Positions 9,292-18,164 of a DNA stretch of 32,000 nucleotides are shown here, piece by piece. A model generated the notes under the pieces. The model was given only the letters and a program-made list of their open reading frames with translations. It did no database searches and was not told the origin of the DNA. Positions within the stretch are counted from its first letter, which is position 1. Every line of letters starts with the position of its first letter. The DNA comes from an uncultured bacterium (GTDB lineage: Bacteria; Patescibacteriota; Gracilibacteria; UBA1369; PNNO01): contig OY969931.1 in NCBI GenBank assembly GCA_963704705.1, forward strand, positions 450,001 to 482,000, in the 5' to 3' direction. Made by a program: the position numbers and the translations under genes.

Positions 9292-10373
9292 ATTAATTTT
9301 TTTATCTTACTTTTGAACTTTGACTGGTCAAACTTTTCTGCATGTTTTCTTATCAGCATTGGTTTGTATTTTTTTTCATTTAGAAGGAGTCTTGCAAGTC
9401 CGGCTTCCATTGATTCCACGGTTGGTTTTGTGAAAAACTCACCGGTTTCACCTTCAATAACTGTTTCGGTAACTCCGCCGCGACCATAGGCAAGAACCGG
9501 CTTGCCGCAGGCCATTGCTTCAACAGGTGTTATCCCAAAATCTTCTTCACCAGGGAAAACAAATGCTCTGCAGTTCATAAAGTATTCCGCTGTTTCACGG
9601 TCTGATTTGAATCCCAAAAACTGAATATTAGGGCCGGCAATAGACTGTAAATATTCGCGCTGGGGTCCGTCACCAATAATAACAAGTTCCTTATTTATCT
9701 TATTAAAAAGCTTTATTGCCAGATCGATTTTTTTATAAGGCGTCAGAGTTGAAACAATCAAAAAATAATTTTGATGTTTTCGTCCGGCTTTAAATCTTGA
9801 AATATCAACAGGCGGATAAATAATCGGTGCTTCCATGCGGTAATATTTTCGAATTCTTCCCTGAACTGTACGCGAATTAGCAATATATTCATCAACGCGA
9901 TCTGCCGCTATCTGATCCCATAATCTCACTTTGCTCAACAAATAACTCGCGAGTCCCCGCTTTATGCGCCCGAGATTTTGCTCTTTCATGTATTCATCTT
10001 TCCAGTCCCAGGCATAGCGCATAGGGGAGTGGCAGTAGCAAATGTGCTTTGTGTCGGTGTTGGTGATGATGCCGTGCGCGTAAGCTGAATTTGAACTTAA
10101 AACAATGTCATAACCGCTTAAATCAAACTTTTCAATTGCTTTGGGCATTTTAGAAAACAAATATTTCTGGCGGCTCCTTAAAAATTTTGGAAGTTTTTGT
10201 AAGTCTGAAGTTCGCACTCTTTCCTTAGGAAATACCGAGCCAACCGCTTTTTCGTCATATAACAAAGTGTAAATCGGCGCATCAGGAAACATATCCGCCA
10301 AAACTTTCAAAACGCGTTCTGCGCCTCCGAGCTTCAATAAAAAATCATGTACTAATGCTATTTTTTTGGCCAT
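9279..10373 (-). CDS. glycosyltransferase family 4 (GT-B)
   Basis: MAKKIALVHDFLLKLGGAERV N-terminus. EDFGITPVEAMACGKPVLA (E-x7-E region). ATG at 10373 is 1 nt after the polX stop. The track start at 10424 lies inside polX. Confidence 0.85.
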   Translation of the reverse strand: MAKKIALVHDFLLKLGGAERVLKVLADMFPDAPIYTLLYDEKAVGSVFPKERVRTSDLQKLPKFLRSRQKYLFSKMPKAIEKFDLSGYDIVLSSNSAYAHGIITNTDTKHICYCHSPMRYAWDWKDEYMKEQNLGRIKRGLASYLLSKVRLWDQIAADRVDEYIANSRTVQGRIRKYYRMEAPIIYPPVDISRFKAGRKHQNYFLIVSTLTPYKKIDLAIKLFNKINKELVIIGDGPQREYLQSIAGPNIQFLGFKSDRETAEYFMNCRAFVFPGEEDFGITPVEAMACGKPVLAYGRGGVTETVIEGETGEFFTKPTVESMEAGLARLLLNEKKYKPMLIRKHAEKFDQSKFKSKIKKLICLP

Positions 10374-10374
10374 T

Positions 10375-12099
10375 TTACTTCCAATAATCAAATAATTGTT
10401 TAAGTGTGCGGGTATTAAGGACATCCTTTTTCTCGAGCCAACCGCGGCGTGCTATGTAAATTCCGTACTGCATATATACTCTTTGCGAAGTGTGATGCGA
10501 ATCGGTTCCTATTACAATTTTAACGCCTTTTTCTTTTGCTCTTCTCAAATATATATCATTTAAATCTAGCCTTAATGGCTGAGCATTAAGCTCAAGTGCG
10601 ACTTTGTATTCTTTTGCAGCATCAATAATTGCGTCCATATCAACATCAAACGGGTCACGGCGATTTATAAGCCTGCCTGTTGGATGCCCGATTATTTTAA
10701 CATAAGGATTACTCATTGCCTTAATAATTCTGTCTGTCATTTTTGCTTTTGGAAGAGTGAAGCCAGAATGGATTGAAGCAGGAAAAATATCCATTTGAGC
10801 CAAAATCTCGTTGCTAAAATCAAGATTTCCGTCCTTTAAAATATCAACTTCGCTTCCTTTTAAAATTTTAAAATCTTTATCTTCGTATTGTTTATTTAGT
10901 TTATCAATTTGTTTGTATTGCTTTAGTAAACGTTTTGAGTCGAGTCCGTTTGCAATTACAGAAGTTTTAGAGTGATCTGTGATAGCAATGTATTTATATC
11001 CGGCTTTATAGCAATTTTCCACAACTGTTTCCAAATCCTGTGTGCCATCGGATTCATTTGTATGCATGTGAAGATCACCTTTAATATCTTTGAGTTCAAT
11101 TGAAACAGGCAATTTGCCTTTTAATGCGGCTTCTATTTCACCATCATTTTTTCGAAGTTCAGGGATAATATATGGCAGACCAACTGCTTTAAACACTTCT
11201 TCTTCGGTTTTGCCGGCGATTCGTTTATTGCCTTTAAATACACCATATTCGCTTACTTTCAGCCCCTTCTTTTTTGCACGGTCTCTGATAGCAATATTGT
11301 GAGCTTTTGATCCTGTAAAATAATGCAGGGCAGCACCATAAGTACTTGGCTCAACCACGCGCAAATCAACTTGAATTCCGGTAATAAGAACAATGCTGGA
11401 CTTTGTTGCTCCGTGAGCAAGTACTTCTTCAACTTCAGAATATTTAATAAAGTGATTCATGATTTCAGCAGCATCTTTTTTTGAACTTGAAACCAGAATA
11501 TCAATATCACCGACTGTTTCTTTGCGCCTTCTTAAACTTCCGCCATATTGAATATTTTTTACTGATTTTTTCTTTTTCAAATATTCAATAATCAGATTGG
11601 CTTCTTCAAGTGCAAACGGCATTAATGTACGCTGCGAAAATCTTTGCATATCATCAATTGCTTTTAAAATTCCCAGTTCTGTTTTTTCTCCCATACCTGG
11701 CAGTACGTGGATTTTTCCGCTTCTGCAGGCCTTTTCTAATTCTTTGAGTGATTTTAGGCCAAGTGTTATATAGAACATTTTTACTTTTTTGGGACCAACT
11801 CCGCGAAGCCGAAGCATATCCAAAACCCCGTTTGGAATTTCTTCAAGTAGGCGCTGATGCATATCGCATTTGCCGGTTTCAATAATCTCAACAATTTTAA
11901 GATATAGATCTTTGCCGATACCTTTGATTTCAAGGATTTTTTTTGGATCTTTTTTATATACTTTGCCTAAATCAGTAGCTAGATTTCTTATTATTTGAGC
12001 TGCTCTTTGGTATGCAAGTATCTTAAAACGATTCTCATCTTTTATTTCGAGAATATCTCCGATTTCTTGAAAAATTTCAGAGATTTGCTGATTAATCAT
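10375..12099 (-). CDS. polX: DNA polymerase/3'-5' exonuclease PolX (Pol-beta-like core plus PHP domain)
   Basis: HhH N-terminus (MINQQISEIFQEIGDILE). NTase motif GGSLRRRKETVGDIDILV. PHP motifs GDLHMHTNESDG and IAITDHS. I chose ATG at 12099 because the 43-aa upstream extension is a hydrophobic run across the promoter region. Confidence 0.9.
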   Translation of the reverse strand: MINQQISEIFQEIGDILEIKDENRFKILAYQRAAQIIRNLATDLGKVYKKDPKKILEIKGIGKDLYLKIVEIIETGKCDMHQRLLEEIPNGVLDMLRLRGVGPKKVKMFYITLGLKSLKELEKACRSGKIHVLPGMGEKTELGILKAIDDMQRFSQRTLMPFALEEANLIIEYLKKKKSVKNIQYGGSLRRRKETVGDIDILVSSSKKDAAEIMNHFIKYSEVEEVLAHGATKSSIVLITGIQVDLRVVEPSTYGAALHYFTGSKAHNIAIRDRAKKKGLKVSEYGVFKGNKRIAGKTEEEVFKAVGLPYIIPELRKNDGEIEAALKGKLPVSIELKDIKGDLHMHTNESDGTQDLETVVENCYKAGYKYIAITDHSKTSVIANGLDSKRLLKQYKQIDKLNKQYEDKDFKILKGSEVDILKDGNLDFSNEILAQMDIFPASIHSGFTLPKAKMTDRIIKAMSNPYVKIIGHPTGRLINRRDPFDVDMDAIIDAAKEYKVALELNAQPLRLDLNDIYLRRAKEKGVKIVIGTDSHHTSQRVYMQYGIYIARRGWLEKKDVLNTRTLKQLFDYWK

Positions 12100-12140
12100 G
12101 TATTTAGGATATCTTAAAATTAAAAACTTGTGAATACCGT

Positions 12141-12168
12141 TTGATATAAAGCAAAAATATGTTATAAT
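12141..12168 (+). promoter_or_regulatory. sigma-70-type promoter TTGATA-N16-TATAAT with extended -10 (TGTTATAAT)
   Basis: TTGATA at 12141-12146 and TGTTATAAT at 12160-12168. Only 6 nt separate the -10 box from ATG 12175, which implies a leaderless or near-leaderless mRNA. Confidence 0.5.
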
Positions 12169-12174
12169 AAATAA

Positions 12175-14013
12175 ATGAATAATAAACAAAATAAAACAAA
12201 AACTGCGCCTGAAAATGCTGAAAAGCAACCTGTTACAAAAGAAGAATTAACAGTTTTTTTTAAGAAAATAAAATTTTCAAAATTTTTAGATGCTGAAGCC
12301 CTGCTTCTAGCTGCTAAAAAGGAAAAAACCAGAATACAATTTGAAGATCCGAATGTGATTAAAATTTTGGCAAAGAGTAATGTGCCAAATTTAAAAATAA
12401 TTGCTGCAAAACTGGCTGTTATAACAAAGAATCAGGAACTCGAAGCCTTGTTTGTAGAGGAAACAGATCCTAAAATTTTTGCGGAATTAATTAAAACTGA
12501 GAATCCAAAAACAGCACTTTTATTAAGTGAAAAAAAAGATATGACAAGCGAAATGCTGAATGATTTAAAAGATAATGCACTTAATATTTTAAAATTTATT
12601 GCGCCGGTAGTTGCAAGCAGAATATTGATTTCAATTGTCAGAAATCCAAATGTATTAAGAAGCACTTTGTATTCTATTATCTACAACACGAGAGATAACA
12701 TGGTTTTGAAGAATATTTTATGGTCGTCAAAATTAACTTCAAGAATGCTTACCGTCATCATTTCTCTAAATATACAAAATACTACTTTGATTCTTTATGC
12801 GCTTAAATCACCTCTTGCAAATATTAATCATTTTAAATATGTACTTAACAAATCAGATAACCGAAGAATAATTGAATTTTGCGCCAAGCAAAAAGACGCG
12901 GAAATCATTGAGTTTATGGCTTCATTAAATAAAGGCATAGATTTATTACTAAAAAATCCATTTATTACTTTAAGTGCTTTGCTGATCATAGTAAGGCAGA
13001 ATATTGCTAATGTTGAAGTCATTCAAAAAGTTTTACTTCACAGAAAAGTGAAAAATTATACGGCCTTGTGGGACTTTGTTTTGGAAAATTCTAATAATCA
13101 AAAGATTCTCGATTTGTGTGCTGCTTCTGGAAACGCTTTATTCCGACTTAAAATTGCTCAATCATTTTCTCAAAAACTATCGGATGAAGTATTTAAAAAA
13201 TTATTAAAAGATGAAAATAAAAAAGTTTCTGATGCATTAAAAAATCATAAGGACGAGAGCGTCAGAATTAGGGTTTCCAAATTAATTGATGACAAAGACT
13301 ACTTGCTTGATAAGGCTGTAACAAGCCAAAGTACAAAAGTTAAGGTGGCTATTGCCCAAAGAGAAAAATTGGATGCGGAAGTAGAACTTGGGTTATTAAA
13401 AAATAGAAACAAAGAGGTCTATTTGGCTCTTGCAAGGAGAACAGGAGACATAACAACAGCTACAGAAGAAAAACTTGCTTTAACAAAAGATCCGCAAATT
13501 CTAATTGCTTTAAGTCAGCGTGAAATTATTAAATCCAAAACAGTTTTAAGTTTACTTGCGGGTTCGGCAATTGAAGAAATTGAAATGAATTTAATTAAAA
13601 ACGCAAACAATAAAAGCATTCATAAAATGCTTATTAAAGAAACAAACAGTATAAAAGTGGCCAATTATATTTTGGGAAATTCAAACGTGGAAGAAAGAAT
13701 CGCATTGGCACAAAAAGATTTTGAAAGAAATAATCCATTATTAAAAACACTAACATTAGAAATTCTAAAAGATCCCGAAGTGCGGGTTAGAGCGGCCTTT
13801 TTATCAAACAGAACTTTACTTGAGCAAATATGGAATGTGATTCATCGTAAAAATGAACAAACAAAATCCAATCCTTTTTTTAAAGCATTTTTAATATTTC
13901 AGGCTGATCAAAACCCTTTAATAAGAAGCAAATTTAATAAATTAACAGAAAGACTTTCAACAGCTGAAAAAGAAGAAGTTAAAAGAATGTTTATTAAGAA
14001 ACAAGCAGTTTAA
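12175..14013 (+). CDS. alpha-helical repeat protein (HEAT / leucine-rich-repeat-variant-like)
   Basis: 612 aa with recurring units such as EDPNVIKILAK, TDPKIFAELIK, KDESVRIRVSK, STKVKVAIAQRE, NKEVYLALARR, KDPQILIALSQRE, KDPEVRVRAAFLSN and QNPLIRSKF. Confidence 0.55.
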   Translation: MNNKQNKTKTAPENAEKQPVTKEELTVFFKKIKFSKFLDAEALLLAAKKEKTRIQFEDPNVIKILAKSNVPNLKIIAAKLAVITKNQELEALFVEETDPKIFAELIKTENPKTALLLSEKKDMTSEMLNDLKDNALNILKFIAPVVASRILISIVRNPNVLRSTLYSIIYNTRDNMVLKNILWSSKLTSRMLTVIISLNIQNTTLILYALKSPLANINHFKYVLNKSDNRRIIEFCAKQKDAEIIEFMASLNKGIDLLLKNPFITLSALLIIVRQNIANVEVIQKVLLHRKVKNYTALWDFVLENSNNQKILDLCAASGNALFRLKIAQSFSQKLSDEVFKKLLKDENKKVSDALKNHKDESVRIRVSKLIDDKDYLLDKAVTSQSTKVKVAIAQREKLDAEVELGLLKNRNKEVYLALARRTGDITTATEEKLALTKDPQILIALSQREIIKSKTVLSLLAGSAIEEIEMNLIKNANNKSIHKMLIKETNSIKVANYILGNSNVEERIALAQKDFERNNPLLKTLTLEILKDPEVRVRAAFLSNRTLLEQIWNVIHRKNEQTKSNPFFKAFLIFQADQNPLIRSKFNKLTERLSTAEKEEVKRMFIKKQAV

Positions 14014-15094
14014 TTGTTTTTTCAATCGCACTGTCCCATTTGAATTTAGCTAATTGCGCTCTTTGAATGTCGTATTTTTCTTTTTTCAAATCCGGATTTT
14101 TTACCAGTTTAACAAGACCTTCTTCAATTGATTCAATTTTATACGGGTCAACATAAATAGCTCCTTCACCGGCAACTTCCGGCAATGATGCTGTATTCGA
14201 GGTCAAAACCGGCTTCCCGTATGTGTAAGCTTCCAAAACAGGAAATCCAAATCCTTCGTATAAAGTTGGGAAAACAAATGCATCACAATATTTTAAAAGA
14301 ACATGTTTTTCGCGGTCAGTAATATATCCGGGCATTAAAACACCGCTAAAAATATCTGATTTTAATGATTTTTTAAGTAATTTAGTGAAACCATGGCCGC
14401 GGGAACCAGCCAGAATAAGCTTATAATTTGCAAAATTCTCTTTGAATTTATTAAACGCTTTCATTAATCTGTAGATATTTTTCTTTTCTTCAAGCCTGCC
14501 AATAAACAAAAAGAAATGATCGCTTCTTTTTATTCCAAGTTTTTCAAATAATTCTCTTTCAAATTCAGCAGGGAAATTTATAGGTTTGAATTCATGGCCA
14601 TGATGAATCACTTTAATTTTTTCATCAGGACATTTAAAGAAATGCCTCAGGTCTTTTGCTGTTGCTTCACTTGGCACAATAATTGTTGAGGCTTTTTTCA
14701 CTGCCCGTTTTGTTTCGCGTTTAAGATACCAAAACTGAAATCGCGAATATGCCTCGCGCATGTGCATAAAAGCAACATCGTGCACTGTAATAATGCAGCG
14801 TTTTGGGCTGAAATAAGGCAAAACATGTGAAGGTACAAATAATACATCTGGCTTATGAAAAAGCATTTCCAAAGAGAGCCTCACCTTTGTCCAAAGCCTT
14901 TTAAATGGAATTAATCTGTGTTTAATATTTCGTGCCTTAAAAAGCATTAATTTTCGCGGAGTATAAAGTATGAGCTCGTGTTCGGGATTATGTTTAAAAT
15001 GCTCGATTAAACCCTGAATAATTTTTACAGAATAAAGCTCAACGCCTGTGCCGTTTTTAACATTGTACCTTGATGCATCAACTCCTATTTTCAT
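13994..15094 (-). CDS. glycosyltransferase family 4 (GT-B)
   Basis: MKIGVDASRY N-terminus. YEGFGFPVLEAYTYGKPVLTS (E-x7-E region). The 3' end overlaps the convergent 12175..14013 gene by 20 nt. Confidence 0.85.
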   Translation of the reverse strand: MKIGVDASRYNVKNGTGVELYSVKIIQGLIEHFKHNPEHELILYTPRKLMLFKARNIKHRLIPFKRLWTKVRLSLEMLFHKPDVLFVPSHVLPYFSPKRCIITVHDVAFMHMREAYSRFQFWYLKRETKRAVKKASTIIVPSEATAKDLRHFFKCPDEKIKVIHHGHEFKPINFPAEFERELFEKLGIKRSDHFFLFIGRLEEKKNIYRLMKAFNKFKENFANYKLILAGSRGHGFTKLLKKSLKSDIFSGVLMPGYITDREKHVLLKYCDAFVFPTLYEGFGFPVLEAYTYGKPVLTSNTASLPEVAGEGAIYVDPYKIESIEEGLVKLVKNPDLKKEKYDIQRAQLAKFKWDSAIEKTIKLLVS

Positions 15095-15714
15095 TTGTGT
15101 GATTTAAGTTCTGCGTGGGCTAGTGTCATTCCATAGATTAGCTTAAATCCTGCTTTTTTTAAAGTAATTGCAGCTTCATTCATTGTTGAAAATGTTGTGC
15201 AGATGTCATCAAGAATTATCAAAGGAGTGCTTTTAGATAAAGTAATTTGCTTATTTATTTCAAAAGAATTTTTAATGTTTTCAGTTCTGTCATGTTTGTT
15301 TAAAGTTGCCTGCGAATTTGTATTTTTGATTCTTATTAATAATTTTGATATTGGTTGTTTTAAATTTTGCGCAAGAATTTCGGATTGATTAAAACCTCTA
15401 TATTTAAGGCGTTTTTTGTGAAGGGGGATTGGCACAATATGGGAATTTTCAGGATATCTGAAATGTGAAAAGAGTTCCGTCAGTTCCAAAGAGATTTCTT
15501 TATAAAAAGAATATTTAAGTTTATGCACGGCTTTGCGTAAAACAGGATTTTGATGAAGATAACAGGGGATAAATAGTTCAATAAAATTTAAATTATTTAT
15601 TTTAGGATTTGTTATTTTTATTTGAGAAAAACATGCGTCACATAAGAATTTGCCTTCTTTATGGCAATTAATGCATGATTTTGGAAATAATAATTCAATG
15701 AATTTATTTAACAT
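15091..15714 (-). CDS. comF: ComF family protein (phosphoribosyltransferase-like)
   Basis: N-terminal Cys cluster CINCHKEGKFLCDAC. PRTase-type loop LIILDDICTTFSTMNEA. ATGA overlap with the downstream GT4 gene. Confidence 0.8.
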   Translation of the reverse strand: MLNKFIELLFPKSCINCHKEGKFLCDACFSQIKITNPKINNLNFIELFIPCYLHQNPVLRKAVHKLKYSFYKEISLELTELFSHFRYPENSHIVPIPLHKKRLKYRGFNQSEILAQNLKQPISKLLIRIKNTNSQATLNKHDRTENIKNSFEINKQITLSKSTPLIILDDICTTFSTMNEAAITLKKAGFKLIYGMTLAHAELKSHK

Positions 15715-15766
15715 GCAAAAATCTTAACAATAAATTATTAAGAAAACTTAAAATTTTTATAAAAAA

Positions 15767-15775
15767 TGTTATAAT
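15767..15775 (+). promoter_or_regulatory. extended -10 promoter element TGTTATAAT
   Basis: The same 9-mer occurs at 12160 and 22254. It lies 28 nt upstream of ATG 15804. Confidence 0.45.
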
Positions 15776-15803
15776 CTTATAGATAAAAATTAACTTTAGT
15801 TAA

Positions 15804-16712
15804 ATGAAAAAATATATAAGTATGCTGATGATTGTTTCTTTTCTTTTTGCACACACAGCCCTTGCTGAAGCACAGTATGTTGAAGCTGATGATGTTGTTC
15901 CTATTGAAATTAGTGCTGCCTTTGTTTCCGATGGGATTTTGGATATAACCTGGGATGAACCTCAGGAAACTGATTTGGAAACTTTTAAACTTTATAAATC
16001 AACAACAAACAGTGTTCCTGACGAAGACTATGTTTTAAATAGTAAAGTCTCAACAGAATATGAAGAAGAAGCATCTGATGGCGTTTCTTATTACAGAATG
16101 TGTGTTTATACAATTTTGAAAACTAAAAAATGCGGAAATGTTGTTGCTGTAAGAGGTGCGTGGAATACGGTTTTAGATCCGATTGTTGAAGGTTTTGATG
16201 ATATTGACGGACATTGGGCAAAACAATATATTGAAAAATTACGGGTGATGAATGTGGTTCAGGGTGATGGTAATGGAAATTTTGAACCTAATCGCAATAT
16301 AGTCAGAGCTGAGGCAATAAAAATTTTAATGCTTGCTTTTGGAATTGGAGGTACAAGCTGTCATTTGGGTATATTTCCTGATATGAGTGTGAATGACTGG
16401 TTTTGTGATGTGGTAAGTAAGGCTAATCAAAACGGTTATGTTGAGGGTGATGATGGGTATTTATTTCCGGGCCGTGAAATCACACGAGCCGAAGCAGTTA
16501 AAGTTGTTTTGGAAATTAAAGGTGCCGATGTACCTGAAATAACTGAAAAGCCGTTTGATGATGTTGATTTGGACCGGTGGTATGCTAAATATGTTGCCAA
16601 AGCAAAGGAACTTAACATTGTTCAGGGAGTAGGTGGAGGCTTATTTGAACCAAATCGTTCAATCACACGAGCTGAATTATCTAAAGTCGCAGTTGAAGCT
16701 GCTCAGCTTTAA
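15804..16712 (+). CDS. S-layer homology (SLH) domain surface protein
   Basis: Signal peptide MKKYISMLMIVSFLFAHTALAEA, then an Fn3-like segment. Three SLH repeats follow: FDDIDGHWAKQYIEKL..., FPDMSVNDWFCDVVSKA... and FDDVDLDRWYAKYVAKA..., each ending in ITRAE-type helices. Confidence 0.85.
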   Translation: MKKYISMLMIVSFLFAHTALAEAQYVEADDVVPIEISAAFVSDGILDITWDEPQETDLETFKLYKSTTNSVPDEDYVLNSKVSTEYEEEASDGVSYYRMCVYTILKTKKCGNVVAVRGAWNTVLDPIVEGFDDIDGHWAKQYIEKLRVMNVVQGDGNGNFEPNRNIVRAEAIKILMLAFGIGGTSCHLGIFPDMSVNDWFCDVVSKANQNGYVEGDDGYLFPGREITRAEAVKVVLEIKGADVPEITEKPFDDVDLDRWYAKYVAKAKELNIVQGVGGGLFEPNRSITRAELSKVAVEAAQL

Positions 16713-16726
16713 TTAACAATATAAAT

Positions 16727-17575
16727 ATGAAAGATTCCCGATTAACACAAAGTTTGAGCATTTCACTATTAGGAATGTTAATAAGCGTAGTAGCTTTTAT
16801 AATTTTAGGTTATGCAGAAGGCTTGTATCATAATTTAAATCAAATAAGATGGCTTCCTTTAATTGAAGATACACAAGTACTAGACCTCGCGGATGGTATG
16901 GTTAAAATTGAGGGACAACCCGAGGCATTGTCATCACTCAGAGCAGAAGGCAGCGATGATGATCTTTTGTATTATAAAAAAGTTTATGAAGAAAAAATTG
17001 ATAATGAATGGACTGAAGTAAGAACGGATGAAACGATTTTGGATTTTAAAATCAATGGTTATTTGGTAAGTCCTAAACCCGCTTTGAAATTATTTGATCT
17101 GCAGCAAATTTCAGTTAATGAAACAGACACAACAAGACAAACAGTTTATGGTGTATCAACAAAAGATAAACTTATTGTTGTAGGTGCACTTAAAGATAAT
17201 AAAATACAGGGAGGTGAAATTTTTGCAATTTCAAATAATACAAATGAGGTTCTTGAAAAAGAGTTAAAAAATTTGATACACGATGATTGGTGGATTCTAA
17301 GATTATTAGCCTGGGGATTGTTAACATTCGGCATTATTGCTTTCTTCCTTCCGGTAATGCAATTGCTTGAAATATTGCCTGAACTTGGACCAATAGTTAT
17401 TTTAATGTTTATTGGAGGCGCTATTGCCTTAGGATTTTTAATAGTAGCTATTGAAACTATGATTTTTGCTTATTGGTATCTGATTTTTATAATTTTAATA
17501 TTTATAATTTATTTATTATTCAGAATTTTGTGTTGCAAAAAAAAGGGCACGAAAGAACTTAAATTTATTCCTTAA
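16727..17575 (+). CDS. hypothetical integral membrane protein (N-terminal TM, beta-rich ectodomain, C-terminal multi-TM block)
   Basis: TM segments SISLLGMLISVVAFIILGY and WWILRLLAWGLLTFGIIAFFLPV...IFIILIFIIYLLFRIL. It starts 14 nt after the SLH gene. The architecture is loosely reminiscent of bacterial GIDE-like proteins, which is tentative. Confidence 0.55.
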   Translation: MKDSRLTQSLSISLLGMLISVVAFIILGYAEGLYHNLNQIRWLPLIEDTQVLDLADGMVKIEGQPEALSSLRAEGSDDDLLYYKKVYEEKIDNEWTEVRTDETILDFKINGYLVSPKPALKLFDLQQISVNETDTTRQTVYGVSTKDKLIVVGALKDNKIQGGEIFAISNNTNEVLEKELKNLIHDDWWILRLLAWGLLTFGIIAFFLPVMQLLEILPELGPIVILMFIGGAIALGFLIVAIETMIFAYWYLIFIILIFIIYLLFRILCCKKKGTKELKFIP

Positions 17576-17586
17576 ATTTTGTAATT

Positions 17587-18135
17587 ATGGTTTTACTTGA
17601 ATCTTTAAATTTACCTCCAGGCTCAAAAGCTCACGATTTTAATTTACCAGGTATTGACGGCGCTGATCATTCTCTTGAAAGTTACAATGATGCCAAAATT
17701 TTAGTGATTATATTTATGTGTAATCATTGTCCTTATGTTCAGGCTGTAATTTCCCGGCTGATTCAGCTTCAGGAAGTTTTTAAAGATAAAAGTGTGCAAT
17801 TTGTTGGAATAAATGCCAATGAAAGCGATAATTATCCTGAAGACAGTTTTGAGAAAATGCCTGAATTTGCGCAAGATTGGAAAATGAATTTTCCTTATTT
17901 AAGAGATGAATCACAGGAAGTTGCAAAGTTATATAAAGCACAATGCACACCTGATATTTTTGTTTACGACAAAGAGCGTAAATTGGTTTATCATGGAAGA
18001 ATCGATGACGATTGGCAGCATGAAGATCAGGTTACTAAAGAAGAGTTAAGGGAAGCATTAGATGCACTTGTGAAAGATGAAAAAGTAGCTGAAAAACAAA
18101 ATCCATCGATGGGTTGCTCTATTAAATGGAAATAG
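17587..18135 (+). CDS. thioredoxin-fold protein (AhpC/TSA-redoxin-like)
   Basis: ILVIIFMCNHCPYVQA (CxxC). FVGINANESDNYPEDSFEKM, FPYLRDESQEVAKLYKAQCTPDIFVYD. Confidence 0.8.
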   Translation: MVLLESLNLPPGSKAHDFNLPGIDGADHSLESYNDAKILVIIFMCNHCPYVQAVISRLIQLQEVFKDKSVQFVGINANESDNYPEDSFEKMPEFAQDWKMNFPYLRDESQEVAKLYKAQCTPDIFVYDKERKLVYHGRIDDDWQHEDQVTKEELREALDALVKDEKVAEKQNPSMGCSIKWK

Positions 18136-18164
18136 TTATAATAAACTCCGCTAATTTCCTAATT

